DNA of 64,000 bases from contig JAYWGM010000066.1 of NCBI GenBank assembly GCA_043778225.1, forward strand, positions 16,674 through 80,673. Direction: 5' to 3'. The notes beneath the pieces were generated by a model, which was given only the letters and a program-made list of their open reading frames with translations, had not been told where the DNA came from and made no database searches. The stretch comes from Deinococcales bacterium (GTDB lineage Bacteria > Deinococcota > Deinococci > Deinococcales > JAAFIG01). Made by a program: the position numbers and the translations under genes. Positions 9,367 to 19,128 of the stretch are shown here, in pieces; position 1 is the first letter of the stretch; each line of letters begins with the position of its first letter.

Positions 9367-10637
9367 GTGTGCGGATTACTTGGCTAAGGCTCGAGGAACG
9401 TTTAGAGCATGAGTTCAGACAACTGCGCGAAGAGGGCATAGATGCCACAGACCTCGAGCAGCAATGGGCAAACTTGCCACTTGAAACTCGAGCCGCCGAA
9501 GCTGGGCGTTTACTGGACGAAGCGGGTCGTCTAACAGCCCATGTTGCTGAAACCGAACCGCTTTTTGATGCTGGTGTGAACTTAGAAAAATACGATTTGC
9601 AAAAATGCTTAACGGCGGCTTGGACAGGTCGAATGGCGGGTTGTTTACTTGGTAAGCCTGTCGAAAAAGTGACTCGAGTTGGAATTCGAGCGATTCTTGA
9701 ATCCAACAACAGGTATCCACTGAACGATTATTTTACCAGTGTTGGTGTTCCCGACGAATTGCTCGAGCTTCATCCGTGGAATAAAGACAGTCGCGCCACC
9801 AGCTTACAAGAAAACATGATTTGTATGCCCGAAGATGATGACATCAATTACACCATGCTAAATTTGCACGTTCTCGAGATGGCTGGGGTTACTTTTAGCA
9901 CCGATGATGTTGCTAAGGCTTGGCTCGAGATGCTGCCTGTACTGACCGTATTTACAGCCGAACGGGTGGCGTATTTTAATCTGCTCGAGTACCGCGAAGC
10001 CCCACAAACCGCGACTTATCGCAATCCGTACCGTGAATGGATTGGGGCGCAAATCCGAGCTGATATTTTTGGTTGGGTTTCGCCGAGCAATCCAGCCCGA
10101 GCCGCCGCCCTCGCATGGCGAGATGCACGCCTGAGTCATACTGGCAATGGTTTGTACGCCGAGATGTTTGTGGCAGCAATGGCAGCTGCCGCTTTTGATT
10201 TAACCTCGCCTCGAGCCGTGATTGAAGCTGGTTTAGCCGTCATCCCTAAAGATTCGCGGTTAGCCGAAGCGATTATGTTTACCCTGACCCTGCCCGACCT
10301 CGAGCCAGATTGGGAAAAGGCTGTAGACCAGTTGTATGCCCAATTTGGTCATTACCACTGGGTTCATGCGATCAATAACGCCGCTTTGGTGGCGGCAGCA
10401 CTGCTTTATGGACAAGGTGATTTTAGTCGTTCGATTTGCCTCGCCGTTTCTGGAGGTTGGGACACTGATTGTAACGGCGCAACCGTGGGAAGCATCGTTG
10501 GCATCATGACCCAGAGCATTCCAGAACGTTGGAGCAAACCACTCAACAACCATGTGCGCTCGAGTTTACGAGGCTTTGACTATAGCACCATAGACAGTTT
10601 GGTGGCGCGTACTCTTGCGGTCATGAAGGATTTGTAA
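9363..10637 (+). CDS. ADP-ribosylglycohydrolase family protein 2
   Basis: GRMAGCLLGKPVE, EDDDINY, WIGAQIR, GWDTDCNGATVGS. Confidence 0.9.
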   Translation: MSVRITWLRLEERLEHEFRQLREEGIDATDLEQQWANLPLETRAAEAGRLLDEAGRLTAHVAETEPLFDAGVNLEKYDLQKCLTAAWTGRMAGCLLGKPVEKVTRVGIRAILESNNRYPLNDYFTSVGVPDELLELHPWNKDSRATSLQENMICMPEDDDINYTMLNLHVLEMAGVTFSTDDVAKAWLEMLPVLTVFTAERVAYFNLLEYREAPQTATYRNPYREWIGAQIRADIFGWVSPSNPARAAALAWRDARLSHTGNGLYAEMFVAAMAAAAFDLTSPRAVIEAGLAVIPKDSRLAEAIMFTLTLPDLEPDWEKAVDQLYAQFGHYHWVHAINNAALVAAALLYGQGDFSRSICLAVSGGWDTDCNGATVGSIVGIMTQSIPERWSKPLNNHVRSSLRGFDYSTIDSLVARTLAVMKDL

Positions 10638-11488
10638 TGCACACTGCTATGCTTTTTGTACCGGGAAACCAAGCTAGTAAACTCGAGAAAATTCTGAGCC
10701 TGAAACTAAAATCGGTGTTGCTTGACCTTGAAGATGGTGTGCCGATAAGCGCAAAAGTCGAAGCTCGAGCTTTGGTGGCGCAAACAATTGGGCAATACTC
10801 GAGCCAAACGGCATTATGGGTCAGAATCAATTCACTGGACACCGAATTTGCTTATCCCGATGTTCAGTCGGTGGTACGGGCAGGACTCCAAGGCATCAAT
10901 CTACCCAAAGTCGAAAAAGCGGCTGATTTAGCAACGCTGGACTGGCTTTTAGGGCAACTCGAACGAGAACGAGATTTACCACTCGGCTCGATTCGGGTAA
11001 TGGCGACCCTCGAGACGGTCAAAGGCATTAAAAATGCCGAGGAGATTGCTCTGAGTACATCACGGCTCGAGTGCCTGTGTTTTGGGACACTGGATTTTTG
11101 CCGTGACCTTGGTATAGACCCACAAACCAGCCTTGGAGCGCTCAATTCGGTGGTGCTGGCAGCCAAAACAAGGCTGGTACTAAGCTCAAGAAGTTGCGGT
11201 TTAGCTGCGCCGCATGATGGCGCAAGCCCAGAATTTAAGGATTTAGAGCGCCTTAAAACCGAAACACTGCAAGCCAAAGAACTTGGTTTTTCAGGCAAAC
11301 ACGCGATTCATCCAGCCCAAGTTGAAGTGATAGAAAATGTTTTTTACCCAAGCCAAGCGCAACTGATTTGGGCGCAACGCATTGTGAACGGCGCAAATTC
11401 GCAAGCCGTGTTCTCGCTTGATGGTCAAATGATAGATGCACCAGTTGTGGCTCGAGCGCAACAAATCTTAAACATGGTGAAAACATGA
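10637..11488 (+). CDS. CitE/HpcH-family acyl-CoA lyase
   Basis: LFVPG, LDLEDGV, VRIN, LPKVE, GF.GK.AIHP.Q, DGQMIDAPV. Confidence 0.9.
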   Translation: MHTAMLFVPGNQASKLEKILSLKLKSVLLDLEDGVPISAKVEARALVAQTIGQYSSQTALWVRINSLDTEFAYPDVQSVVRAGLQGINLPKVEKAADLATLDWLLGQLERERDLPLGSIRVMATLETVKGIKNAEEIALSTSRLECLCFGTLDFCRDLGIDPQTSLGALNSVVLAAKTRLVLSSRSCGLAAPHDGASPEFKDLERLKTETLQAKELGFSGKHAIHPAQVEVIENVFYPSQAQLIWAQRIVNGANSQAVFSLDGQMIDAPVVARAQQILNMVKT

Positions 11489-12663
11489 AACCACCAGCCC
11501 TACCACTCGAGGGAATTCGGGTACTTGACCTCTCGAGCCTTTATGCAGGACCCTTGATTGCCACCAATCTTGGTGATTTCGGAGCAGACGTGATTAAAGT
11601 CGAGCATCCTCGGGGCGACGACGCACGGCGTTGGGGACTGAGTAAAACCTTGCCAAACGGCACAGATATTCCGCTCTGGTGGAAGTCATTATCGCGCAAC
11701 AAACGCCTCATCACCCTCGATTTGCACTTGGCAACCGACCTCGAGATTGTGCGCCAATTGTGCCAGTGGGCGGATGTCTTAATCGAAAATTTTCGTCCTG
11801 GTCGGCTCGAGAGTTGGGGTTTAGGCGAACAAGAACTAAAAACCCTCAATCCGCGTTTAATCGTGGCTCGAGTAACAGGTTTTGGACAAACCGGTCCAAT
11901 GCAGCAGCAACCCGGTTTTGGCACGCTTGCCGAAGCATTTTCTGGTTTTGCCTTTATTACAGGCGAAGCTAACCGCCCGCCGACCTTACCGCCATTTGGT
12001 TTAGCCGATGGTGTGGCAGCCCTGACTGGAACATATGCAGTGATGATGGCGTTGTACTGGCGCGATGCCCAAAACGGTGGCTTGGGACAAGTCATTGATT
12101 TAAGTTTATACGAACCGCTCTTCTCGATTTTAGGACCACAAGCCATCGAGTTTATTCAGACCAAAACCATTCAGAACCGTCATGGCAACCGTTCTAAACG
12201 GACTTCGCCGCGAAATACCTATCAAACCCTAGACCAACGCTGGGTTGCCCTGTCTGGTGGCACACAGCAAGTGGTCAATCGGATGCTGGTCGCTATTGAA
12301 CGCCCAGATTTACTCAGCGATGCCCGTTTTGCCAATGCCAAAGCTCGAGCCAAAAATAGCGACGAACTAGATGTACTCATTGCCAATTGGATTGCCACCC
12401 ATGACCTCGAGACGGTGCTAACCACCTTTCGGGCTGCCGAAGCACCAATTGCACCTGTGTACGACATTGAACAGATTCTAAAAGACCCACAATATCAAGC
12501 CAGAGGCTCGGTAGTGCATATCGAAGATGATGAGCTTGGCACGGCTGCGATGTCTGGGATTGTGCCTCGGCTTTCGCGCACACCCGGCAAAATTAAGTTT
12601 TCTGGACGCACTTTGCTTGGGCATGACCAAGAAGAAGTGCTGAAGATGATTGGACTAAAATGA
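11485..12663 (+). CDS. CaiB/BaiF family III CoA-transferase
   Basis: PLEGIRVLDLS, AGP, GADVIKVE, NRNK-like SRNKR, ENFRPG. Confidence 0.93.
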   Translation: MKPPALPLEGIRVLDLSSLYAGPLIATNLGDFGADVIKVEHPRGDDARRWGLSKTLPNGTDIPLWWKSLSRNKRLITLDLHLATDLEIVRQLCQWADVLIENFRPGRLESWGLGEQELKTLNPRLIVARVTGFGQTGPMQQQPGFGTLAEAFSGFAFITGEANRPPTLPPFGLADGVAALTGTYAVMMALYWRDAQNGGLGQVIDLSLYEPLFSILGPQAIEFIQTKTIQNRHGNRSKRTSPRNTYQTLDQRWVALSGGTQQVVNRMLVAIERPDLLSDARFANAKARAKNSDELDVLIANWIATHDLETVLTTFRAAEAPIAPVYDIEQILKDPQYQARGSVVHIEDDELGTAAMSGIVPRLSRTPGKIKFSGRTLLGHDQEEVLKMIGLK

Positions 12664-14804
12664 AAACCGAATTACCTACTGATTTTATCGAAAAAACCTA
12701 CGCTGGTGTTCTAGGAAAACTGATTGGAGTCTACTTGGGTCGTCCCATCGAAGGTCAAACCTATGAGGAGGTCAGTACCGAATTCGGCGAGGTGCTGTAT
12801 TACCTTAACGAAGCCCGAGGCTTACCGTTGGTTGTGACCGATGATGACGTGACCGGCACATTTGCTTTTGCTCGAGCCATGACCGATTATGGTTGCAACC
12901 CAGACATCACTGCCGAACAAATCGGTCAGACTTGGTTAAACACCATCATCGAGAATAAAACTGTACTTTGGTGGGGTGGGCTAGGAAATTCGACCGAACA
13001 AACCGCTTATTTACGGCTTTCACACGGAATTGCTGCGCCAAAAAGTGGCTCGAGTGACCTCAACAGCCAAGTGGTCAGTGAACAAATCGGCGCTCAAATT
13101 TTTATTGATGGTTGGGCAATGATGTCGCCAGCCAATCCGATTTTTGCGGCTGATTTGGCGCGGCGGGCGGGCAGTGTCAGCCATGATGGCGAAGCCCTTC
13201 ATGCGGCAGCCGTGATTGCGGCAATGGAATCCCAAGCCTATCTTGAAACCGACATCAACGCCTTACTCGAGACTGGTTTATCGGTCATTCCAAACGATTG
13301 CTTAATTGCCAATTTAATTCGTGACCTTCGGGCTTGGCACGCGGTTCTACCCGATTGGCGCGAAGCCCGCCAAAAACTCGAGCAGCATTATGGCTACGAG
13401 CAATTTGGCGGAGATGTCCATGTGATTCCAAATCATGGTCTGATAATTCTAGCCTTGCTGTACGGTGCAGGCGATTTTCAGCAATCCATGATGATTGTTA
13501 ATACGTCTGGTTGGGACACCGATTGTAACGCTGGAAACTTGGCTTGCTTGCTTGGCATCCGAGGTGGACTTGCTACTTTTGAAACAGGTCCAGATTGGCG
13601 CACACCTATTGCTGACCGCTTATTCTTACCGGGAACAGATGGAAACTGCTTTATCACCGATGCCGTGATTCAAACCTATCAATTGGTCAATGCTGCCCGC
13701 CAACTGCACGGACTCGAGCCAATCAACCCAAAAAATGGCGCTCGATTTCATTTTTCTTTACCTGGCAGTCTTCAAGGTTTTCAGACCGATGAAACCAGCC
13801 TTGAAACCAGAGGTGTACTCAGGCTCGAGAACGCGGTCGTTACTACAACTCGAGCTTTGGCGTTGCATTACTCGATGCTTGCCACAGGAAGAGTTGCGCG
13901 AGCCTACAGTCAAACGTTTTTGCCCCCCCAAATTCCACTTGTACCCACGCCGGGCGTTCCAAATCCGTGGAAATACCAACCGCTTGGTGCGCCAAGTCTG
14001 TACTTCGGTCAGATAGTCGAAGCTGTTTTGATTGCTGCCCCGAGCAACCACGACGCAGTGACCGCCCAACTGTATTTGCAGCGCTACAACGCTAACGATA
14101 AGCTCGAACGTGTTTATGGTACAGCCGTTATTCTTGAACCGAACACAAAACACACGCTTATTTGGCAACTCGAGCCAGAACGCGGCGAACCCATCGCAGA
14201 AATCGGGATTGAATTGCGCTCCAAAACCCGAGCCGACGGCACAATTTACTTGGATTCGCTGGGTTGGCATGGCGAACCCAATGCCATTTTTGGACGCAGC
14301 GAACCGGATGGTATGATGTGGCGCAGGGCTTGGGTCGAAGCCGTGGACCGCGCCGATAAACGCTACCCAGAAGATTACCGAATTGTTCAAAATCAAGGCA
14401 CTGGCTTACTAATAACTGGCTCGAGAACATGGCGTAATTATGCAATGACCGCCACCGTCGAGCCTGGATTATCCGAACGTAGTGGACTGGCAATTCGTGT
14501 CCAAGGTTTACGCCGTTACTACGCTGTACTATTCACCACCCAAGGGCAAGTCCAACTGATAAAAGCACTTAACGGAGAGACAATTCTGGCAACGCAATCA
14601 TTTTTTTGGCAACGGGCTGGACAATACACGATTCGTTTTGAAGCCAACGGCTCGAGTCTGACGGTATTTATAGACAACGCCCTGGTTTTTAAGCTGACCG
14701 ACCAGCAAAACCCATTGTTAGAAGGCGGAATTGCGCTGCTTGTGACCGAAGGACGACTCTCGAGCCGCACCGTTCAAGTGCAACCACTTGGTACAACCCA
14801 ATGA
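12660..14804 (+). CDS. Large ADP-ribosylglycohydrolase 3 with C-terminal beta-sandwich domains
   Basis: GKLIGVYLGRPIEG, TDDD, IGAQIFID, GWDTDCNAGN; about 350 aa beta-rich C-terminal extension. Confidence 0.88.
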   Translation: MKTELPTDFIEKTYAGVLGKLIGVYLGRPIEGQTYEEVSTEFGEVLYYLNEARGLPLVVTDDDVTGTFAFARAMTDYGCNPDITAEQIGQTWLNTIIENKTVLWWGGLGNSTEQTAYLRLSHGIAAPKSGSSDLNSQVVSEQIGAQIFIDGWAMMSPANPIFAADLARRAGSVSHDGEALHAAAVIAAMESQAYLETDINALLETGLSVIPNDCLIANLIRDLRAWHAVLPDWREARQKLEQHYGYEQFGGDVHVIPNHGLIILALLYGAGDFQQSMMIVNTSGWDTDCNAGNLACLLGIRGGLATFETGPDWRTPIADRLFLPGTDGNCFITDAVIQTYQLVNAARQLHGLEPINPKNGARFHFSLPGSLQGFQTDETSLETRGVLRLENAVVTTTRALALHYSMLATGRVARAYSQTFLPPQIPLVPTPGVPNPWKYQPLGAPSLYFGQIVEAVLIAAPSNHDAVTAQLYLQRYNANDKLERVYGTAVILEPNTKHTLIWQLEPERGEPIAEIGIELRSKTRADGTIYLDSLGWHGEPNAIFGRSEPDGMMWRRAWVEAVDRADKRYPEDYRIVQNQGTGLLITGSRTWRNYAMTATVEPGLSERSGLAIRVQGLRRYYAVLFTTQGQVQLIKALNGETILATQSFFWQRAGQYTIRFEANGSSLTVFIDNALVFKLTDQQNPLLEGGIALLVTEGRLSSRTVQVQPLGTTQ

Positions 14805-14844
14805 ATGTATTTGATAGCCATAACCAAAAGGAAGCGGATACGTC

Positions 14845-15774
14845 GTGATTACTTTTATTGGTAGCCTGAACATGGACATCAGCACTCGAGTACACCACTT
14901 GCCAGCCCTTGGCGAAACGGTACTTGGGGGCGAAGCAACCATTGGGTTAGGCGGAAAAGGTGTAAACCAAGCAGTTGCAGCCGCGCTACTGCTACAACCA
15001 AACGAGCCTCCAGTTCGACTCATAGCCAGTCTGGGCAGTGATTCTTTTGGAAATACTGCTCGAGAACAATTAAGCCAATATCACCTGAATCTCGAGCAAC
15101 TTCATTGCAGCCCCAGACCAACAGGAATTGCCCTGATAAGCGTAGACAGCAATGCCCAAAACCATATTGTTGTCGCACCAGGAGCAAACGCCGACCTTGA
15201 ACCACAACACGTCAGCCCAGAAAATTTGCACAACTCGAGATTGGTCTGTATTTCACTCGAGATTCCAAAAGCAACATGGCAAAAAGCCATTCGTTCTGCT
15301 CGGCAAATCGGCGCAATGGTGGTGGTCAATGCCTCACCTTTGGATAAGGTAACGCCCGAAGATTTATGTGGAACAGACGTTTTGGTGGTCAATCAAATTG
15401 AAGCGATACAACTGAGTGGTCTGGCAAATCTAACCGACCTTGATCTTGCTAAACACTTACAAAAAATTGCACCAAAAGTCGTGGTCACGCTTGGCGCTCG
15501 AGGTGCAGTCTGGGTAGGAGACAACGAAGGTTACGCACCTGCCTACACGATACAAGCGCTTGATACGACTGGCGCAGGAGATACATTTTGCGGAGCGCTG
15601 TGTGTCGAACTTGCCCAAGGTGCAAATCTAGGTTCTGCGGTGCAGACTGCCAACGTTGCTGGAGCAATCTGTGCCACACGGCATGGCACAGTCGCAGCCA
15701 TGCCTACTCGAGCCGAAGTAAACCTTGTACTGCTGCGAAATCTTGAGTCAAGTTCTCAAGAAAGCAAGTTCTGA
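14845..15774 (+). CDS. rbsK: Ribokinase (PfkB family)
   Basis: GSLNMD, GGKGVNQAVAA, DTTGAGDTFCG. Confidence 0.88.
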   Translation: MITFIGSLNMDISTRVHHLPALGETVLGGEATIGLGGKGVNQAVAAALLLQPNEPPVRLIASLGSDSFGNTAREQLSQYHLNLEQLHCSPRPTGIALISVDSNAQNHIVVAPGANADLEPQHVSPENLHNSRLVCISLEIPKATWQKAIRSARQIGAMVVVNASPLDKVTPEDLCGTDVLVVNQIEAIQLSGLANLTDLDLAKHLQKIAPKVVVTLGARGAVWVGDNEGYAPAYTIQALDTTGAGDTFCGALCVELAQGANLGSAVQTANVAGAICATRHGTVAAMPTRAEVNLVLLRNLESSSQESKF

Positions 15775-15826
15775 ACTTCCTACAACTCAATTTGTACTGC
15801 ATTAGAGCTTAAATTAGAGGCTCGAG

Positions 15827-15864
15827 AAAAAACTTGTGTTGCACAAAGATAGCACAAGTTTTTT
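15827..15864. terminator. Inverted repeat after the ARH operon (possible terminator)
   Basis: AAAAAACTTGTG-N14-CACAAGTTTTTT. Confidence 0.45.
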
Positions 15865-15963
15865 GGTGTATGAACAGGGACTAAGCCAAAACAATTATCG
15901 TAACTCGAGATACTATTTTGCTACAATCATAATCTAAATTATTTGTACACGGAGAGAACCCAT

Positions 15964-17367
15964 ATGACCACAGAAACCGCCACACTTTCCACGTCTCGAG
16001 CCAACACCTTACTCTCCGAAATCCCATCTTTAGTCCAACTGGCTGTTCCTTTGGTGGCTGGTTCTGCCAGTTACACTTTTTACGGTTTAATCAATACGTT
16101 TTTTCTGGGCGGACTGGGCGAAGTGCCATTAGCTGTGGCTTCTTTAACCGTTTCGATTTCTATTATTTTCTTTGCGGCACTTTACGGAATGCTTGGACCA
16201 ATTGGGTATTTAATTGGCACAGCCCACGGCGCAGGTGACTCGAGAAAAATCGCTGAGGTCATGCAGCATGGGTTACTCGTAGCGGCTGGGATTGGTGCAA
16301 TTGGCACAGGATTAATGGCTTTAACCCTTTTTGCACTGCCATATATGAATCAGCCGCTCGAGGTTCGAGCCGTAATTGCCCCATACTGGCTTTTATCGGC
16401 ACTGGCACTGATTCCATTCTGCATTACTTTTGTTTACAAGCAATTCTATGATTCGACCGATAGAGCTTGGACTGGAACAATTTTAGCGTTAATTCCTGTG
16501 TTTTTGAATGTTCCCTTAACTTGGATTCTGGTGACTGGACAGTTTGGTTTACCGGCGTATGGACTCGAGGGTGCGGGCTGGGCAGCTTTGATTGGCAGTT
16601 GTATCGGAACTGCAATCATGGCTGGGCATTTTCATTTCACGGCTACCTTTAAGCCATTTCAGGCTTGGTCAGCTTGGAAAAAAGAAGCCTTTTTGGTGCA
16701 ACTGCGCGAAGGGCTACCGATGGGCATTCAGTATTTACTCGAAGGTGGGGCAATTGCTGTGGCGGGTGTGTTAATCGGTTGGCTTGGCTCGAGTGAACTG
16801 GCAGCCAATCAAATTGTCTTTAGTGTGTTGGGCATTTTGTACATTGTTCCCATCGGCATGAGTATTGCTGTCGGCATTCGGGTTTCGCAAGCGGCTGGTG
16901 GTGGCGAAAAACACCGCGCTCGGAACATCGGCATGGCTGGAATGCTCTTAGCCAGTGGCTGGAGTTTGGTCTTTACAGTGCTGCTGATTATTTTGGGTTC
17001 TCGAGTGGCGGCGCTGTTTGTAAGCGAACCCGATGTGATTAAAGCCGCCGCTTTGATGTTTGTGGTCTGGGGTGCAGCTCAAGTCTTTGATGGTATTCAA
17101 AGCGTGGGCGTTGGTGTACTGCGCGGCATTTTTGACAATCGGTATCCGACCGTGGTTTCTTTAATTGCCTACTGGCTGATTTCCTTGCCACTCAGTTATG
17201 CCTTTGGATTTTGGTTTAACTGGGGCGGCGCTGGAATCTGGGCGGGATTTTGTTGTGGACTGGCAATTGCCAGTGCATTGTTGATGCAACGACTCTGGAA
17301 AATGACCAGTACGGACGGCTTAGCATCTGCCCATGAACTCCAATCAAGTAGCCCCTACAAGCCATAA
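15964..17367 (+). CDS. MATE family efflux transporter
   Basis: About 12 TM segments; LA.P, GLP.G.Q..LE, AANQI, DG.Q.V..G.LRG. Confidence 0.92.
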   Translation: MTTETATLSTSRANTLLSEIPSLVQLAVPLVAGSASYTFYGLINTFFLGGLGEVPLAVASLTVSISIIFFAALYGMLGPIGYLIGTAHGAGDSRKIAEVMQHGLLVAAGIGAIGTGLMALTLFALPYMNQPLEVRAVIAPYWLLSALALIPFCITFVYKQFYDSTDRAWTGTILALIPVFLNVPLTWILVTGQFGLPAYGLEGAGWAALIGSCIGTAIMAGHFHFTATFKPFQAWSAWKKEAFLVQLREGLPMGIQYLLEGGAIAVAGVLIGWLGSSELAANQIVFSVLGILYIVPIGMSIAVGIRVSQAAGGGEKHRARNIGMAGMLLASGWSLVFTVLLIILGSRVAALFVSEPDVIKAAALMFVVWGAAQVFDGIQSVGVGVLRGIFDNRYPTVVSLIAYWLISLPLSYAFGFWFNWGGAGIWAGFCCGLAIASALLMQRLWKMTSTDGLASAHELQSSSPYKP

Positions 17368-17489
17368 GGGGGAATGGCTTTACCCAAAATAGCTATGTAC
17401 CTAATCCACAAACGCACGATGTTCTCGAGGGACGCACCACTGGCTTTGACAGCCTCCTCGGAATTTTAACCTTGTTCGATGCGCCACCG

Positions 17490-18617
17490 TTAATCACCGC
17501 GTATCACTTTACCGATTTTACTTAGCAACCCTTCTGGTGGGGCGATGCTCTCCCCTATTTCTTTGGCATACTCCTCGAGCAGTTCGCGGGCGCGTTTTGA
17601 AAGTTTTTTAGGGACTTCAACTGCCACGGTCACGATCAAATCACCTTCACCTCGAGCTTGTAAACGCGGCATTCCTTTACCGCGTAAGCGCAGCGTGTCG
17701 TTGGGTTGCGAGCCATGCGGAATCTCGAGCGGTTGCGAACCATCCAAAGTCGGAATCTCGAATTTTGCACCCAAAGCCGCTTGCGCCAAACCGATGTGAG
17801 CAGTGTAATGCAGGTCGTCGCTGTCTCGAGTCAGGTACGGGTGCGGCGTGAGTTCTAAAAAGACATATAAATCGCCAGCCGGACCACCAAACATTCCGGC
17901 ATTGCCCTGTCCAGCCACGCGCAAACGGTAGCCCCCATCGATGCCTTTGGGCAGCGTGACCGTGACTTTTTCGGGTTTGATGGTGCGTCCGCGCCCATGG
18001 CATTTGCTGCATGGCTCGGGGTTGAGTTCGCCAGTGCCTTTGCAGGTCGGGCATGGGGCAGCCGTCATAAAATTGCCCAGAATGGTGCGTTGCTGTTGGC
18101 GCACTTGCCCCGCCCCACCACAGGTGGCACAGCTTTGTAAACCCTTACCGCCCGGCTCGGCTCGAGAACCACCGCAACGGTCGCAGCCAATCAGTTTATC
18201 TATTTCAACTTCGATGTCCGCCCCAATGCGCGATTGCTCGAGACTGATGTTGACCTCGACTTGTAAATCCTCACCTCGAGCCGCTCGTTTGCCACCCCGC
18301 CCAGCGCCGCGCTGTTGCCCAAATGGGTCGCCACCAAAAACACTGTTAAATAAATCAAATAAATCACCCATCCCCGCGCCCTGAGTGCCAAAGCCACCGC
18401 TCGGGCTGCCAACTTTGCCAAACTGGTCGTACTGAGCGCGTTTTTCGGGGTCGGACAACGCACCATAGGCTTCGTTAATCGTCTTAAATTTTTCTTCGGC
18501 TTCTTTATTGCCCGGGTTCTTATCGGGGTGGTATTTGAGGGCTAAGGCTCGGTAGGCACGTTTAATTTCGTCACTGTCGGCGGTTCTCGAGACTCCGAGT
18601 AATTCGTAATAATCCAT
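17490..18617 (-). CDS. dnaJ: Chaperone DnaJ
   Basis: [10 protein letters not shown]-domain with HPD, G/F region, four CxxCxGxG-type repeats. Confidence 0.96.
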   Translation of the reverse strand: MDYYELLGVSRTADSDEIKRAYRALALKYHPDKNPGNKEAEEKFKTINEAYGALSDPEKRAQYDQFGKVGSPSGGFGTQGAGMGDLFDLFNSVFGGDPFGQQRGAGRGGKRAARGEDLQVEVNISLEQSRIGADIEVEIDKLIGCDRCGGSRAEPGGKGLQSCATCGGAGQVRQQQRTILGNFMTAAPCPTCKGTGELNPEPCSKCHGRGRTIKPEKVTVTLPKGIDGGYRLRVAGQGNAGMFGGPAGDLYVFLELTPHPYLTRDSDDLHYTAHIGLAQAALGAKFEIPTLDGSQPLEIPHGSQPNDTLRLRGKGMPRLQARGEGDLIVTVAVEVPKKLSKRARELLEEYAKEIGESIAPPEGLLSKIGKVIRGD

Positions 18618-18623
18618 AACTAA

Positions 18624-18644
18624 CTTTACATGATCACACTCAAG
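18624..18644 (-). promoter_or_regulatory. HAIR-like (HspR) operator over the dnaJ promoter
   Basis: Minus strand CTTGAGT-N7-TGTAAAG (one perfect half-site), ending 6 nt before the ATG. Confidence 0.55.
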
Positions 18645-18716
18645 TTTTATAGTGTCCATAAGTCTAAAAACCATGTACTCGCACCGATACAGCGCTCTGG
18701 CGTGTATAATCCATTT

Positions 18717-19127
18717 GTGCTTGCCTTGATTTGCCGAACCGACAAAGCCCGTTTTGTGCTGAGTGCCGAACACGTCTCGAGAATCCTGACGGCTGCCACT
18801 TGGTTGCCACTCGAAGGCTTACAGAACGGCACAGTTGGTGTCCTCAACGTGGCTGGAGTCAATTTGGCGGTGGTTGACCCTCGGGGGCGTTTAGCCCAAG
18901 CCAGCAATACGCTCAGCCTCGAACATCATTTTATAGAAATGACTTTTCCAAGGCGCTTTTTATTGTGGGTAGATGAAGTCGAGCAGTCGCTCGAGATTGA
19001 CCCCAGTCAAATCGAAAAAATTGCCACCAGTCCAAATTCAGTTGCCAATCAGTTGGTGCGTTTTGCCGACGAAACCTTGCCCTTGTTGCGCCCAGAGGTT
19101 TTTGATCCGGGCGACCTGATTTCTTAA
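18717..19127 (+). CDS. cheW: CheW-like domain protein
   Basis: F.L....V.RI, GVLNV.G..LAVVD.R, LWVDEV; leaderless TATAAT-N6-GTG. Confidence 0.75.
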   Translation: MLALICRTDKARFVLSAEHVSRILTAATWLPLEGLQNGTVGVLNVAGVNLAVVDPRGRLAQASNTLSLEHHFIEMTFPRRFLLWVDEVEQSLEIDPSQIEKIATSPNSVANQLVRFADETLPLLRPEVFDPGDLIS

Positions 19128-19128
19128 T

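Noticed and set aside
11541..14396. Long antisense ORFs (11541-12146, 13758-14396; likewise 39423-40031, 56644-57195)
   Set aside because: Shadows of well-supported genes on the opposite strand, with no recognisable motifs.
18617..18773. Long N-terminal extensions in the ORF track (dnaJ, also murJ, corA, 26523, 59676, 62678)
   Set aside because: They overlap neighbouring genes or promoters; downstream starts match family N-termini and SD or leaderless signals.
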